In this document: in pieces, positions 1 through 8,927 of the stretch
How the letters are laid out: each line of letters begins with the position of its first letter
How positions within the stretch are numbered: position 1 is the stretch's first letter
NCBI GenBank assembly: GCA_964359225.1
Contig: CAYHSI010000001.1
Coordinates: 1 to 40,479, forward strand
Direction: 5' to 3'
Length of the DNA stretch: 40,479 nt
Source: an uncultured Anaerolineaceae bacterium
Lineage (GTDB): Bacteria; Chloroflexota; Anaerolineae; Anaerolineales; E44-bin32
Position numbers and translations under genes: made by a program
The notes under the pieces: model-generated
What the model saw: only the letters and a program-made list of their open reading frames with translations
Told to the model about the DNA's origin: nothing
Databases searched by the model: none

Positions 1-182
1 AAGTTGAAGGGCAGATAGGCGTTTTCGATCGCGATCGTGATTTCTCGACCGTCGAGGTCGGGAAGCGCACCTTCTACCACCTCCGGCGGAGCCACAACCG
101 TCGCCGGTTCGGCTTGCTTACAGGCGGTCACCACGAAGGCGCCGAGCAGCAGCAAACTTGAGAGAAACACTAACCTCTTCAC
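1..182 (-). CDS. Amino-acid ABC transporter substrate-binding lipoprotein, N-terminal part only (gene runs off the left edge)
   Basis: Not in the ORF track. The reverse strand from GTG (182-180) reads VKRLVFLSSLLLLGAFVVTACKQAEPATVV...GREITIAIENAYLPFN. This is a lipoprotein signal peptide with lipobox VTAC, followed by the start of a family-3 solute-binding fold. A GGAGGAG SD (rc of 189-195) lies 6 nt upstream. The gene lies directly downstream of the permease gene. Confidence 0.7.
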   Translation of the reverse strand, partial: MKRLVFLSSLLLLGAFVVTACKQAEPATVVAPPEVVEGALPDLDGREITIAIENAYLPFN

Positions 183-207
183 GGATTTCTCCTCCTGGAT
201 TCTTTGC

Positions 208-238
208 ATTCTACGGTATGTAATGAACGGCGTGTCAA
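208..238 (-). promoter_or_regulatory. Candidate sigma70-type promoter for the binding-protein gene
   Basis: On the reverse strand: TTGACA (238-233), 19-nt spacer, TAGAAT (213-208). It lies about 25 nt upstream of the GTG at 182. The spacer is longer than optimal. Confidence 0.35.
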
Positions 239-318
239 CCGAGTCTGGGCGAATTCAGGCACCACCTCCTTTTGGCGTTGGTGAGGTAGGGTTGTGAGCG
301 TCAAATGCAGGATGAATT

Positions 319-1323
319 CTACCCTGACTTGAGACGCCTTTCCATTAACCGTACCAGCATCGACAACACAAGGGTCATGGACAGGTATACGAAGGCCAAG
401 GTGAAGTAGGTCTCGGGGAATTTGAAGGAGGCCGCGGCGTACTTCTTGCTGAGCTGGGTGATCTCACCGACTCCGATCGCCGACACGAGGGACGACTCTT
501 TGAGCATCGCAATGAAGTCGTTGCCAAGCGGGGGCAAGACCCTACGGATCGCTTGAGGGAGGATGACCAGGCGCAGCGACTGGAAGTAGCTGAGGCCGAT
601 CGATTGAGCCGCTTCGATCTGGCCCCGCTCGACGGATTGGATCCCGGCGCGGAAGATTTCCGATGAGAACGCGCCATAGCTGATGGCCAATGCAATTATG
701 CCTCGAGCAACAAAATCAACATTACGAACGTTCAGGCCGGAGAGCAAGTTGCCCGGGGGCAGGATACCTGCGCCGATGAGGGTCTGGCCCAGGGCATTAA
801 TCGCTTGGATGGCCAGCGGGACGACGACAAAGGCAACCGTGAAGATTTGTACGAGAATCGGGATCCCACGGACCACCTGGACGTAAAGCAGGGCACCATT
901 GCGGGCGAAGGTGTTCTTGGAGAGCTGCCCCAGGGAGGTTGTCAGGCCGAGCACGATGGCAATCGCATACGCACTCAGGGACACCAGAATGGTCAACTTG
1001 ACGCCGGCAACAATATTCGACAGCACCTCGCCATAGACCGCGTTGGTCGTGAAGTTGTAGATCAGGACCAGCCCGACAAGCGCGATCGCCAAGGCCCACC
1101 AGGGCAAATCCGCTAGGCGGGTGGTCAATCGAACTGGGACATCCGGAGCTGCCCGGGCCGTATGGCGGGTCAAGTCCAGCGAAGATCCGGTCGAGTTCAA
1201 GTTGGATTTGGGGAGGATTTCTGAATCATAACCGAGGTCCCCAGGGGTGACAAACGGGGCTGGGCCACGGCAGGCTTGAACCTTTGATCTGTGCAATTTA
1301 CAATCGCTGGGGTGAGCTTTCAA
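319..1323 (-). CDS. Amino-acid ABC transporter permease (HisM/GlnP-type, polar amino acid family)
   Basis: The translation contains the EAA-loop region typical of polar amino-acid permeases (IFRAGIQSVERGQIEAAQSIGLSYFQSLRLVILPQAIRRVLPPLGNDFIAMLKESSLVS) and several hydrophobic helices. The 5' end is uncertain. The longest ORF gives ~80 non-hydrophobic residues before the first helix and overlaps the divergent folC ORF, so the true start may be an internal TTG/GTG. Confidence 0.85.
   Translation of the reverse strand: MKAHPSDCKLHRSKVQACRGPAPFVTPGDLGYDSEILPKSNLNSTGSSLDLTRHTARAAPDVPVRLTTRLADLPWWALAIALVGLVLIYNFTTNAVYGEVLSNIVAGVKLTILVSLSAYAIAIVLGLTTSLGQLSKNTFARNGALLYVQVVRGIPILVQIFTVAFVVVPLAIQAINALGQTLIGAGILPPGNLLSGLNVRNVDFVARGIIALAISYGAFSSEIFRAGIQSVERGQIEAAQSIGLSYFQSLRLVILPQAIRRVLPPLGNDFIAMLKESSLVSAIGVGEITQLSKKYAAASFKFPETYFTLAFVYLSMTLVLSMLVRLMERRLKSG
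1276..1304 (+). promoter_or_regulatory. Candidate sigma70-type promoter of folC
   Basis: TTGAAC (1276-1281), 17-nt spacer, TACAAT (1299-1304). An in-frame GTG at 1312 sits 7 nt after the -10 box. Confidence 0.5.
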
Positions 1324-2649
1324 GAGGCGCTCGACTATCTGTACAGCTTCATCGACTATAGCCGGGAGCGCAGCTACCGCTACTCACCGGAAGTCTTCGA
1401 TCTTGGCCGAGTCAGGCGGCTGCTTGGGTTGCTGGGGGACCCCCAAGACAGCTTCCCGAGCGTCCATATCGCCGGCACCAAAGGAAAGGGCTCCGTGGCG
1501 GCGATGATGGAGGCCAGCTACCGGGCCGCCGGCTATCGAACCGGGCTGTACACCTCACCCCATCTGATTCGGTTCACCGAGCGGATCCGGGTCAACGGGG
1601 AGGAGATCGCCGAGCCGGACCTGGTCCGGTTGGTGGCGCGGCTCAAGCAGGTTGCGCCGGAGATCCCCCAGATCTCCACCTTCGAGCTCACGACGGCGCT
1701 GGCCTTCATGCATTTCGCGGAACGGGATGTGAATTGCGGGGTGATCGAGGTGGGCCTTGGTGGCCGGCTGGACGCAACCAATTTAGTCACCCCCACGGTC
1801 TGTGTGATCACTTCCCTGTCCTACGACCACACTCATTTGCTGGGGCAAAGCCTGTCCGAGATTGCCGGCGAGAAGGCGGGCATCATCAAGCCGGGAGTGC
1901 CGGTGGTGCTTGCTCCGCAGCAGACCGAAGCGGAGCAAGCGATCCGCTCGGTAGCCGAGCAGCGGGGCGCCCCGTTGCATCTGGTCAATCGGGATTGGCA
2001 CTATGCCGCGGAAGAGCGCGGGTTGACCGGGCAAACCTTTCGAGTGTGGAGGGAGGCGGGCGGCGCCGCGGTACAGCTGAGCATCCCGCTGCTGGGGCAC
2101 CATCAAGTCCAGAACGGCTGCACGGCGTACGTCGCGCTCCAGCTGGCAGCCGAGGCCGGGCTGCCAATCGGGTTCGAGGCGATCCGGGTGGGGCTGAGCA
2201 GTGTGCGTTGGGCGGGGAGGTTCCAGGTGCTGTCGGTTGGCCCGACCGTTGTGCTCGACTCCGCCCATAATCGAGATTCGGCGCTCCAACTGCGGATTGC
2301 ACTGGACGACTATTTCCCCGGCCGGCCGGTGAGGATGGTCTTTGGGGCCTCGAGCGATAAGGACGTCCACGGGATGCTGCTCGAGCTGTCGCCCCGGGTG
2401 TCGCGGGTGATCCTTACCCAAGCCGATCATCCCCGGGCGGAGGGGCCGGAGGCGCTGGCCGATCAGGTGCGCAGCTTCGGCCGGCCGGTGGAGGTCGTTG
2501 TCCCGGTGGCGGAAGCGCTGCGCATAGCCATGCTAGGCATGGAGGAGGATGAGGTCGTGCTCGTCACCGGAAGCATCTTTGTGGTGGGATCCGCACTGGC
2601 TGCCTGGGAGGCGGCACAGGGGCAGCTGGTTGCGGCCGGGCAGGGATGA
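1312..2649 (+). CDS. folC: Folylpolyglutamate synthase / dihydrofolate synthase
   Basis: Mur-ligase family P-loop HIAGTKGKGS, then TSPHL..F.ERI and the typical FolC layout. The ORF track starts at GTG 1291. I prefer GTG 1312 (MSFQEALDYLYSF...) because the TACAAT box lies between the two candidate starts. Confidence 0.9.
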   Translation: MSFQEALDYLYSFIDYSRERSYRYSPEVFDLGRVRRLLGLLGDPQDSFPSVHIAGTKGKGSVAAMMEASYRAAGYRTGLYTSPHLIRFTERIRVNGEEIAEPDLVRLVARLKQVAPEIPQISTFELTTALAFMHFAERDVNCGVIEVGLGGRLDATNLVTPTVCVITSLSYDHTHLLGQSLSEIAGEKAGIIKPGVPVVLAPQQTEAEQAIRSVAEQRGAPLHLVNRDWHYAAEERGLTGQTFRVWREAGGAAVQLSIPLLGHHQVQNGCTAYVALQLAAEAGLPIGFEAIRVGLSSVRWAGRFQVLSVGPTVVLDSAHNRDSALQLRIALDDYFPGRPVRMVFGASSDKDVHGMLLELSPRVSRVILTQADHPRAEGPEALADQVRSFGRPVEVVVPVAEALRIAMLGMEEDEVVLVTGSIFVVGSALAAWEAAQGQLVAAGQG

Positions 2650-3533
2650 TGAGACGCTGGGCCGCGGCGCTGGTGCTTGGGGTGGCGGCGACCGCCTGCC
2701 GCTCGTCGCTGGTAGAGTTTGGCATACCAGCGGACTCGCTGCCCCGGACGCCTAACTCGCCGGCAGCGGCTACGACCGAGGTCCGGCAGCCCACGATCGC
2801 GGCCCCGGCCGGATTCAGCTACGCGGTGGTGTGGGTGGAGGAAGGCCTCGCGGTTCGGCAACCAGCCGGGATCACCAGTTCAGAGGTCGCCTCGCTGCCC
2901 GCCGACCAGCGCGGAATCGGGGTGACCGGGCAGTCCACGTTGCTTGGGAGCTCGACCTGGCTGGAGATCTTCTTGCCGGAGGGCGGGACGGGATGGGTGA
3001 ATGGGTACAACCTCACCGAAGATGTCGATCCGGAGGCATTCTGCCAGGATCCACGCCTGGTGGATCTGGCCAACCGGTTCATTCTCGCCCTGGAGAGTGA
3101 GAGCGGCGAGCAACTCGCTCAGCTGGCCAGCCCGAAGCGCGGACTGATTATCCGACACGACTGGTGGAATCCCGAAGTAGTCACCGAACTCGGCAGTCTC
3201 TCGCACCTGTTCCAGGAAGCAGCCGAGCTTGACTGGGGAATCAATCGAGATAGCGGGCTCTCAATCACCGGCAGCTTCGGTGCGGTGATCTTGCCGCAAT
3301 TGATGGATGTCTTCTCCGCCCCGCCGGCTTTCGGCTGCAACCGGCTCGCCACCGGAAGCACAGCCGAGGAGGTTGCCTGGCCCTCGGAGTACACCAACCT
3401 CAACTTCATTTCTTTCCATCGAGCCGCCCCATCGCCCAGCAGTCTCAATTGGCGGACCTGGGCGCTGGGGATCGAGTATGTAGACGGAATTCCGTACCTG
3501 GCAGTAGTGGTTCAGTATCGGGGCGAGATCTAA
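2646..3533 (+). CDS. Hypothetical lipoprotein with a bacterial SH3-like segment
   Basis: N-terminus MMRRWAAALVLGVAATAC is a signal peptide plus lipobox. The segment VVWVEEGLAVRQPAG...GSSTWLEIFLPEGGTGWVNGYNL resembles SH3b domains. The start overlaps the folC stop (ATGA). Confidence 0.6.
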   Translation: MMRRWAAALVLGVAATACRSSLVEFGIPADSLPRTPNSPAAATTEVRQPTIAAPAGFSYAVVWVEEGLAVRQPAGITSSEVASLPADQRGIGVTGQSTLLGSSTWLEIFLPEGGTGWVNGYNLTEDVDPEAFCQDPRLVDLANRFILALESESGEQLAQLASPKRGLIIRHDWWNPEVVTELGSLSHLFQEAAELDWGINRDSGLSITGSFGAVILPQLMDVFSAPPAFGCNRLATGSTAEEVAWPSEYTNLNFISFHRAAPSPSSLNWRTWALGIEYVDGIPYLAVVVQYRGEI

Positions 3534-3549
3534 TGACCCCCTTCTCCGA

Positions 3550-6500
3550 TCAAGCCGGGCGCGCCAGTTCGCCTATTTCCCGAAGCAGTTCCAAGAGCCG
3601 ATCTTGCCAGGGTTCCCCCGTGAGCCACAAACCCCGCCGGCTGGCCCGGATATCTTCTCCGAGCAGCAGCGGATCGGGCGGCTCGACCCCAGGGGCAAGC
3701 TGAAGCAGGATCCGGCCGTTCTCTGAAGAGACGGAATTCACCTGGCTCTGGGCAGCCAGGATCTTGACCCGCAACTGATATAAGAGGTTTTCTGCTTCAA
3801 CCGGCGGCGGACCGAACCGATCCGAGAGTTCAACCCCCAGTTGATCCACTGCTTCCAGCGAGCGGAGGCCGGCCAACCTCCGATACAGTTGGAGCCGCAG
3901 CCGCCGATCGGGTACGTACTCTACCGTAAGCGCGCTGGCCAGCGGCAATTCGATCGAGACCTGGGGCGGCAGCCCTTCCAACGGGATCTCGATCCCCTGC
4001 TGCCGGCCCCGCAATCGTCGAACGGCTTCCGCCAGCAGTTGGGTATAGAAGTGAAAGCCGATGGCCGCGATCTGGCCGTGCTGTCGAACCCCGAGCAGGT
4101 CGCCGGCCCCCCGCATCTCGAGATCACGCAGCGCAATGCTGTAGCCCGCGCCCAGCTGGGTATGCTGGCCAAGGATCTCCAGACGCTCGAGCGCCTCCGG
4201 AGTCGACTTGAATCCCGGATGGTAGAAAAAGTAGGCGTAGGCCCGGACCGCGCCTCGCCCAACTCGCCCCCTCAATTGATAGAGCTGAGCCATCCCGAAC
4301 TGATCGGAGCGATCGATAACCAGGGTATTCGCATTCGGGATATCCAATCCAGATTCGACGATCGAGGTGCTGAGCAGCACGTCGATCTCACCGGCGGTGA
4401 AGGCAGACATGACGTCGGCCAATTGCTGCTCCGGCATCTGGCCGTGGGCCATCTCAACTCTCGCCTCAGGTAGCAGTCTCTGCAGCCGGAGCTGAACACT
4501 TGGGATGGTCTGAACCCGGTTATGGACGAAGAACACCTGTCCGCCCCGATCGATCTCCCGAAGTACCGCTTGCCTCACCAGACCCGGATCATATGGCCCG
4601 GTGTGGGTAACCACCGGCAACCGGTCCTCCGGCGCGGTATCGATGGTCGAAATGTCCCTTACCCCGGTCAGCGCCATATAGAGAGTTCGCGGGATCGGCG
4701 TCGCGGTGAGGGTCAGCACATCGACCTCCGACCGGAGGTCTTTAAGATGCTCCTTGTGGGACACCCCGAAGCGCTGCTCTTCATCGATGATCAACAGCCC
4801 AAGATCCTTAAATTGAACGTCCTTCTGCAGCAGTCGATGGGTCCCGATCACGATATCGATCTGACCGGCCTGGGTCAGTTCCAAGATTTGCTTGATCTCG
4901 GCCTTGCTGCGGAACCTGGACAGCATCTCGAGTTCGACGGGGAAAGCCGCCAGACGCTGTTGAAAGGTCCGGTAGTGCTGCTGGGCCAGCACGGTCGTGG
5001 GAACGAGCAGACCGACCTGCTTCCCATCCATGACCGCCTTGAAGGCCGCCCGCAAGGCAACTTCGGTCTTACCATAGCCAACGTCCCCGCAGATTAGCCG
5101 GTCCATCGGGCGTCCGCGCTCCATGTCAGCTTTGACGGCCTGCAGTGCAGATACCTGATCTTCGGTCTCGACATAAGGAAAGGATGCCTCCAGCTCATGC
5201 TGCCAGTGGGTATCGGGCGAGAATGCGTGCCCGACGGCGGTCACTCGTCGCGCATAGAGCTCGAGCAACTCGCGGGCGACCTCTTCCACGGCCACGGACG
5301 CCTGAGATCGGACCCGCTCCCATTCGGCGGTACCCAGTCGAGACAGTCTGGGTGTAGCCCCGTCCACTCCGATATAGCGCGTGATCCGATCGGCTGAGCT
5401 GATGGGAACGTAGAGCTGATCGCCCGCCTCGTAGGTGACGAGCAGGTATTCGCGTTCGGTGCCCTCCAGGCTTCGGGCGACCAGGCCCTCGAAAATCCCG
5501 ACCCCGTAGTCCACGTGAACGACCGGGTCACCGGCCGCCAGGTCGGCATAGGCGGATTCTGGGGCAGGCACCCGACTGCGGGGCCGCCTCCGCAGTTCCG
5601 GCCGCGACCAGCCAAAGACCTCGGCGTCCGTGAGCAGATGGAGCCGGGCCCCGTCGGCAAGCCCCAGGCTCCAACCTTCCGAAAGGGCCGCCTGCATGAG
5701 ATACAGCTCACCTACGGCCAGCTGAGCCGGGAGTCGTTCTAACAGCGGCCGCTGAGCGTTCTCGGCCGCCCAGAGATCCGCAAGGCGGGATGCCTGCCGG
5801 CTGACCAGGACGCAGGTTTCGTGCGCCAGGCGGCGCTCAGCCAGGAATTCGAGCAAGGGTCGCAGCTGCCCTCCGAAGCGCGGCCCGGGGATGAAGGCCT
5901 CGCCAAACGGCTCCGGTTCCAGGGAGTCAGCCGAGACCGTTCCAAGGTTGACCATGGCCTGCCGGTCCAACCCATCCAAGACCTCGTCCACGGTGAGGTA
6001 AGGCCGGGGGGCCTCGCGAGCCAGGTTACCGGATTCGACCTGCTTTGTGTGCAATTCGAGCGCCTGAGCCTCGAGTTCGCCGATGGCTACCTTGATTCCA
6101 GCCAGATCTTCGGCGAGCACCAGAGTCTCGGGGGGGAGGAAATCGAGCACAGTCTGCGGGTCGGGAGTCATCCAGGGAATGAAGAATTCCAGGATGGGTT
6201 GCGCCTCGGCGAGCGGGAGAGGCAGGTCGCTCGACTGCTTGTAGTACGCGGGCAGGCCCTCCCTAGCCGGGCCGACCTGCACCCCCTTCACGGGGTCTGA
6301 AGATCGCTGAGTTGCCGGGTCGAATCGCCGGATCGTCTCGATCTCGTCGGCGATGAGTTCGACCCGGACCGGAGCCGGGGCCGCGGTCGGCCACAGATCC
6401 AAGATGCCGCCGCGCCGGCTGAATTGGCCGCGCTCGGTCACGATGCTCTCCGGTTCGTAGCCTGAGCCGATCAAGGAATTGAGGAAAGAGTCCAGCTCAA

Positions 6501-6960
6501 GGGACGAACCCGCGACCAGCTGATGGGTGTGGGCCGCGAACTGCTCTGGGGAGATCGTCCGGGTCATGATGGCGCGGGCTGAGGTCAGGATGATCAGCGG
6601 CTGAGGTCCTCCTGGGTGGGTGAGTCGGGCGAGGGTTTCCACTCGGAGCTGGCGGCTGCGCGGTCCCCAGGGCAGCGGCTCGTAGAACAACGGATCCGGT
6701 TCTGGGAAGGTGATCACCTCGGTGGAGGGAGCCCAACTCGGGAGCTCTTGGGCGAGGGTGGCCACCCGGTCTGCCCGGGCGCAGATCATTAGCACTGGGG
6801 CATTGAATTCGGAGGCCAGGGCGGCCGCCATCGGTGGCCGGGCCGCGGCCAACATCGGGACGTGCCGACCGCGGGTTGGCCGGGCGGCGAGCGTCTCGCG
6901 CAGCTCCCGATACTGGGGGAGCGAACGAATCAGATCCAGAAGCGAGGAAAGTTCGATCAT
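3550..6960 (-). CDS. mfd: Transcription-repair coupling factor
   Basis: 1136 aa. It has an UvrB-homology N-terminal region, the RNAP-interacting segment ([14 protein letters not shown]), superfamily-2 helicase motifs ([36 protein letters not shown]) and a TRG/C-terminal domain. Confidence 0.97.
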   Translation of the reverse strand: MIELSSLLDLIRSLPQYRELRETLAARPTRGRHVPMLAAARPPMAAALASEFNAPVLMICARADRVATLAQELPSWAPSTEVITFPEPDPLFYEPLPWGPRSRQLRVETLARLTHPGGPQPLIILTSARAIMTRTISPEQFAAHTHQLVAGSSLELDSFLNSLIGSGYEPESIVTERGQFSRRGGILDLWPTAAPAPVRVELIADEIETIRRFDPATQRSSDPVKGVQVGPAREGLPAYYKQSSDLPLPLAEAQPILEFFIPWMTPDPQTVLDFLPPETLVLAEDLAGIKVAIGELEAQALELHTKQVESGNLAREAPRPYLTVDEVLDGLDRQAMVNLGTVSADSLEPEPFGEAFIPGPRFGGQLRPLLEFLAERRLAHETCVLVSRQASRLADLWAAENAQRPLLERLPAQLAVGELYLMQAALSEGWSLGLADGARLHLLTDAEVFGWSRPELRRRPRSRVPAPESAYADLAAGDPVVHVDYGVGIFEGLVARSLEGTEREYLLVTYEAGDQLYVPISSADRITRYIGVDGATPRLSRLGTAEWERVRSQASVAVEEVARELLELYARRVTAVGHAFSPDTHWQHELEASFPYVETEDQVSALQAVKADMERGRPMDRLICGDVGYGKTEVALRAAFKAVMDGKQVGLLVPTTVLAQQHYRTFQQRLAAFPVELEMLSRFRSKAEIKQILELTQAGQIDIVIGTHRLLQKDVQFKDLGLLIIDEEQRFGVSHKEHLKDLRSEVDVLTLTATPIPRTLYMALTGVRDISTIDTAPEDRLPVVTHTGPYDPGLVRQAVLREIDRGGQVFFVHNRVQTIPSVQLRLQRLLPEARVEMAHGQMPEQQLADVMSAFTAGEIDVLLSTSIVESGLDIPNANTLVIDRSDQFGMAQLYQLRGRVGRGAVRAYAYFFYHPGFKSTPEALERLEILGQHTQLGAGYSIALRDLEMRGAGDLLGVRQHGQIAAIGFHFYTQLLAEAVRRLRGRQQGIEIPLEGLPPQVSIELPLASALTVEYVPDRRLRLQLYRRLAGLRSLEAVDQLGVELSDRFGPPPVEAENLLYQLRVKILAAQSQVNSVSSENGRILLQLAPGVEPPDPLLLGEDIRASRRGLWLTGEPWQDRLLELLREIGELARPA

Positions 6961-7544
6961 TCCGCAGGGCGGGTGTTGCAGTCGGTCATCGCCTTCTCGA
7001 TCCCGGCCTCGAGGAACCGGCGGACGCAGCCCAGAGCTCGATCGAGCGTCTCAGCGACCAAGTCCAGTTCGTCGGAGGCAAAGTTCGACAACACAAAGCC
7101 AGCCGGGTCGAGCCGGCCTCGCGGCCTCCCGATTCCGATCCGCAAACGGGGGAATCCCTTGTCACCGAGATGGTTGATCAAGGAGCGCATTCCGCGGTGA
7201 CCCGAAGACCCGCCAAACGGCCGCATTCGGAGGGTGCCCAGCTCCAGATCCAGATCGTCGAACGCGACGAGCAAGTTCGGTTGCTCGACTCGGTGGAGTT
7301 TGACCAGCGCCGCGACCGCCCGCCCGGTTTCGTTGACGTAGGTCTGCGGTTTTGCCAGCAGAAAGCTCCTTCCGGCATGCGATCCGGCGGCAAGCAGCGA
7401 TTCGGATTGGTGAGTCTCCAGCCGCAGACCGAACTCACGGGCGATTCGGTCGATGAGCAGGAATCCCGCGTTGTGTCGGTTGTTCCGGTATTGTCGACCG
7501 GGATTCCCCAGACCGACGATGAGGCTGAGGGGGGAGTCGTTCAT
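6957..7544 (-). CDS. pth: Peptidyl-tRNA hydrolase
   Basis: Signature LIVGLGNPGRQYRNNRHNAGF. Size is 195 aa. The stop overlaps the mfd start by 4 nt, and pth-mfd linkage is common in bacteria. Confidence 0.95.
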   Translation of the reverse strand: MNDSPLSLIVGLGNPGRQYRNNRHNAGFLLIDRIAREFGLRLETHQSESLLAAGSHAGRSFLLAKPQTYVNETGRAVAALVKLHRVEQPNLLVAFDDLDLELGTLRMRPFGGSSGHRGMRSLINHLGDKGFPRLRIGIGRPRGRLDPAGFVLSNFASDELDLVAETLDRALGCVRRFLEAGIEKAMTDCNTRPAE

Positions 7545-8284
7545 CGCCTCGGAGGTCGTCCGGTTCTCCGATGCAATCGGCGCATTCGTAAGAACCCGGC
7601 GTGCGCTCTGGCCCGGGGGGCGAACAATTGGTAGAGGGCAAGCGAGCTTGTCAGCCCGACCCCGGCGACTGCCCCGACGGTCAGGGCCGTTCTGAACGGA
7701 TCCGGCCGGCTCTCCGCCGGGCGTTCGGGCTCAGGCGCTTCGTCGGGAAGCCGGGTGGGCTCGGGTTCGGCCGTGGCCGGCAGGCCGACCACGCCGGCCG
7801 GAGCCTCGGTAGGGGTGTAGTTGCGGACCCGCAGGTCCTGCACAATCGCAACCAACGGCTCGCCGTCCTGGATCCGGACTCGCAGGCGAAGGCGGTAGTT
7901 TCCGTCGCTGATCGGCCCGGTATCCCAGATGGCTAACCGGCCGTCCACCACGGGTGTGTCGACTGGCTCACCCAGGGCGAACCAGGTCTCGGTTGGGTCT
8001 GGATCAAAGCCAAATGCAAGGTCAAAAACCTCAAACTCAGGATGGGTGGCGGTGCCTCTAATCGTGACGATTCCCTGCAGGGCCTGCCCCTCTGCCGGCT
8101 GGACGATTTCGGCGAAGCCTGGCACGTCAATTTGGGATGCCACGCGGATCGCACCGCCAGCCGAGGTCGCCGCGAAACCCAGGATGGCTAGCCAAATTGG
8201 AAGGAATCTAAATCTGGTCTGCCCGAGTGCACACCCGGCAGACCGACCGAGAAACCGCCAGCTTGGGGGTCGGAGACCGCTCAC
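7541..8284 (-). CDS. Hypothetical membrane protein with an Ig-like/beta-sandwich ectodomain
   Basis: There is an N-terminal hydrophobic helix (FLPIWLAILGFAATSAGGAI). A beta-rich segment follows (GIVTIRGTATHPEFEVFDLAFGF...GRLAIWDTGPISDGNYRLRLRV), then a Pro/Glu-rich linker and a C-terminal helix plus basic tail. The GTG start is at 8284, and the stop overlaps the pth start by 4 nt. Confidence 0.6.
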   Translation of the reverse strand: MSGLRPPSWRFLGRSAGCALGQTRFRFLPIWLAILGFAATSAGGAIRVASQIDVPGFAEIVQPAEGQALQGIVTIRGTATHPEFEVFDLAFGFDPDPTETWFALGEPVDTPVVDGRLAIWDTGPISDGNYRLRLRVRIQDGEPLVAIVQDLRVRNYTPTEAPAGVVGLPATAEPEPTRLPDEAPEPERPAESRPDPFRTALTVGAVAGVGLTSSLALYQLFAPRARAHAGFLRMRRLHRRTGRPPRR

Positions 8285-8327
8285 GGCTCGATCAGGCGCG
8301 AACAGGTAAGTTTAACACGCGGGGCGA

Positions 8328-8356
8328 TTGACGATCGAAGCCTGGCCCGGTACAAT
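8328..8356 (+). promoter_or_regulatory. Candidate sigma70-type promoter for the hypothetical-gene/L25 operon
   Basis: TTGACG (8328-8333), 17-nt spacer, TACAAT (8351-8356), in a divergent intergenic region. Confidence 0.55.
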
Positions 8357-8364
8357 TTCCATTC

Positions 8365-8401
8365 GGGGCGTCACCCGGCTGCGGGTGAGGAGCCCCTTTT
8401 T
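8365..8401 (+). terminator. Terminator-like hairpin plus T5 run inside the 5' leader (putative attenuator)
   Basis: GGGGC (8365-8369) pairs with GCCCC (8392-8396). CACCCG (8372-8377) pairs with CGGGTG (8382-8387), with loop GCTG. TTTTT follows at 8397-8401. The structure lies between the promoter and the GAAGGAG SD (8411-8417). Confidence 0.45.
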
Positions 8402-8422
8402 GTGCACAGCGAAGGAGCATGG

Positions 8423-8896
8423 ATGACCGAATCAGAGGGCCGGCTTTCAGCGGATGTCATTCACCAGGAAGGCGGAGTTGTCGAACGGGTCACTGGGGAA
8501 GAGGTGCATGTCAGCCAAAGCGGAGTGAGGTCGATCAGCGGTGAGCAATTATCGGTCTGGCAGAGCGGGGTCTGGCACGCGGAGGCCCAAGATATTGAGC
8601 TGCAACAATCGGCCGTAGTCGGGGTGAGGGGCCAGAGCGTATCGCTCGAGAGCAGTGCCAGTGCGGTTTCGATCGCGGAATACGGAGAGCTTTCCAACTC
8701 GCGGGCCGGAATAGTGATCGGAGGCGAGCTGAACTTGAGCAACAGCCCAAGCCTGATTGTGCTTGCCCGCCGGGTCAACGGAAATGTCGAGACCGTGCTG
8801 GACACTCGGGGCGCTCTGCTGGCAGGGGTGGCGGCGGGCGTAATCAGTGGCGTATTCTATTTGCTCACCAGCATGCTGCGCGGGCCGCGGGACTGA
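8423..8896 (+). CDS. Hypothetical tail-anchored protein with ~15-residue periodic repeats
   Basis: I chose ATG 8423, 5 nt after GAAGGAG; the ORF track starts at GTG 8402. Six consecutive ~15-aa units are visible (VHVSQSGVRSISGEQ / LSVWQSGVWHAEAQD / IELQQSAVVGVRGQS / VSLESSASAVSIAEY.. / LSNSRAGIVIGGE / LNLSNSPSLIVLARR). A C-terminal hydrophobic helix follows (LLAGVAAGVISGVFYLLTSML). I do not recognise a family. Confidence 0.6.
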   Translation: MTESEGRLSADVIHQEGGVVERVTGEEVHVSQSGVRSISGEQLSVWQSGVWHAEAQDIELQQSAVVGVRGQSVSLESSASAVSIAEYGELSNSRAGIVIGGELNLSNSPSLIVLARRVNGNVETVLDTRGALLAGVAAGVISGVFYLLTSMLRGPRD

Positions 8897-8927
8897 ACTC
8901 GGGATATAGACAGGAGCGGAGAGACTC

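Noticed and set aside
37-297. 86-aa plus-strand ORF at the left edge
   Set aside because: It is antisense to the clearly recognisable lipoprotein signal peptide of the binding-protein gene and to its promoter region. It has no SD and a low-complexity Ser/Thr/Ala-rich translation.
3841-6300. Plus-strand ORFs of 159-210 aa antisense to mfd
   Set aside because: Same reasoning as above. mfd helicase motifs occupy the opposite strand, and these translations are Arg/Gly/Pro-rich shadow frames.
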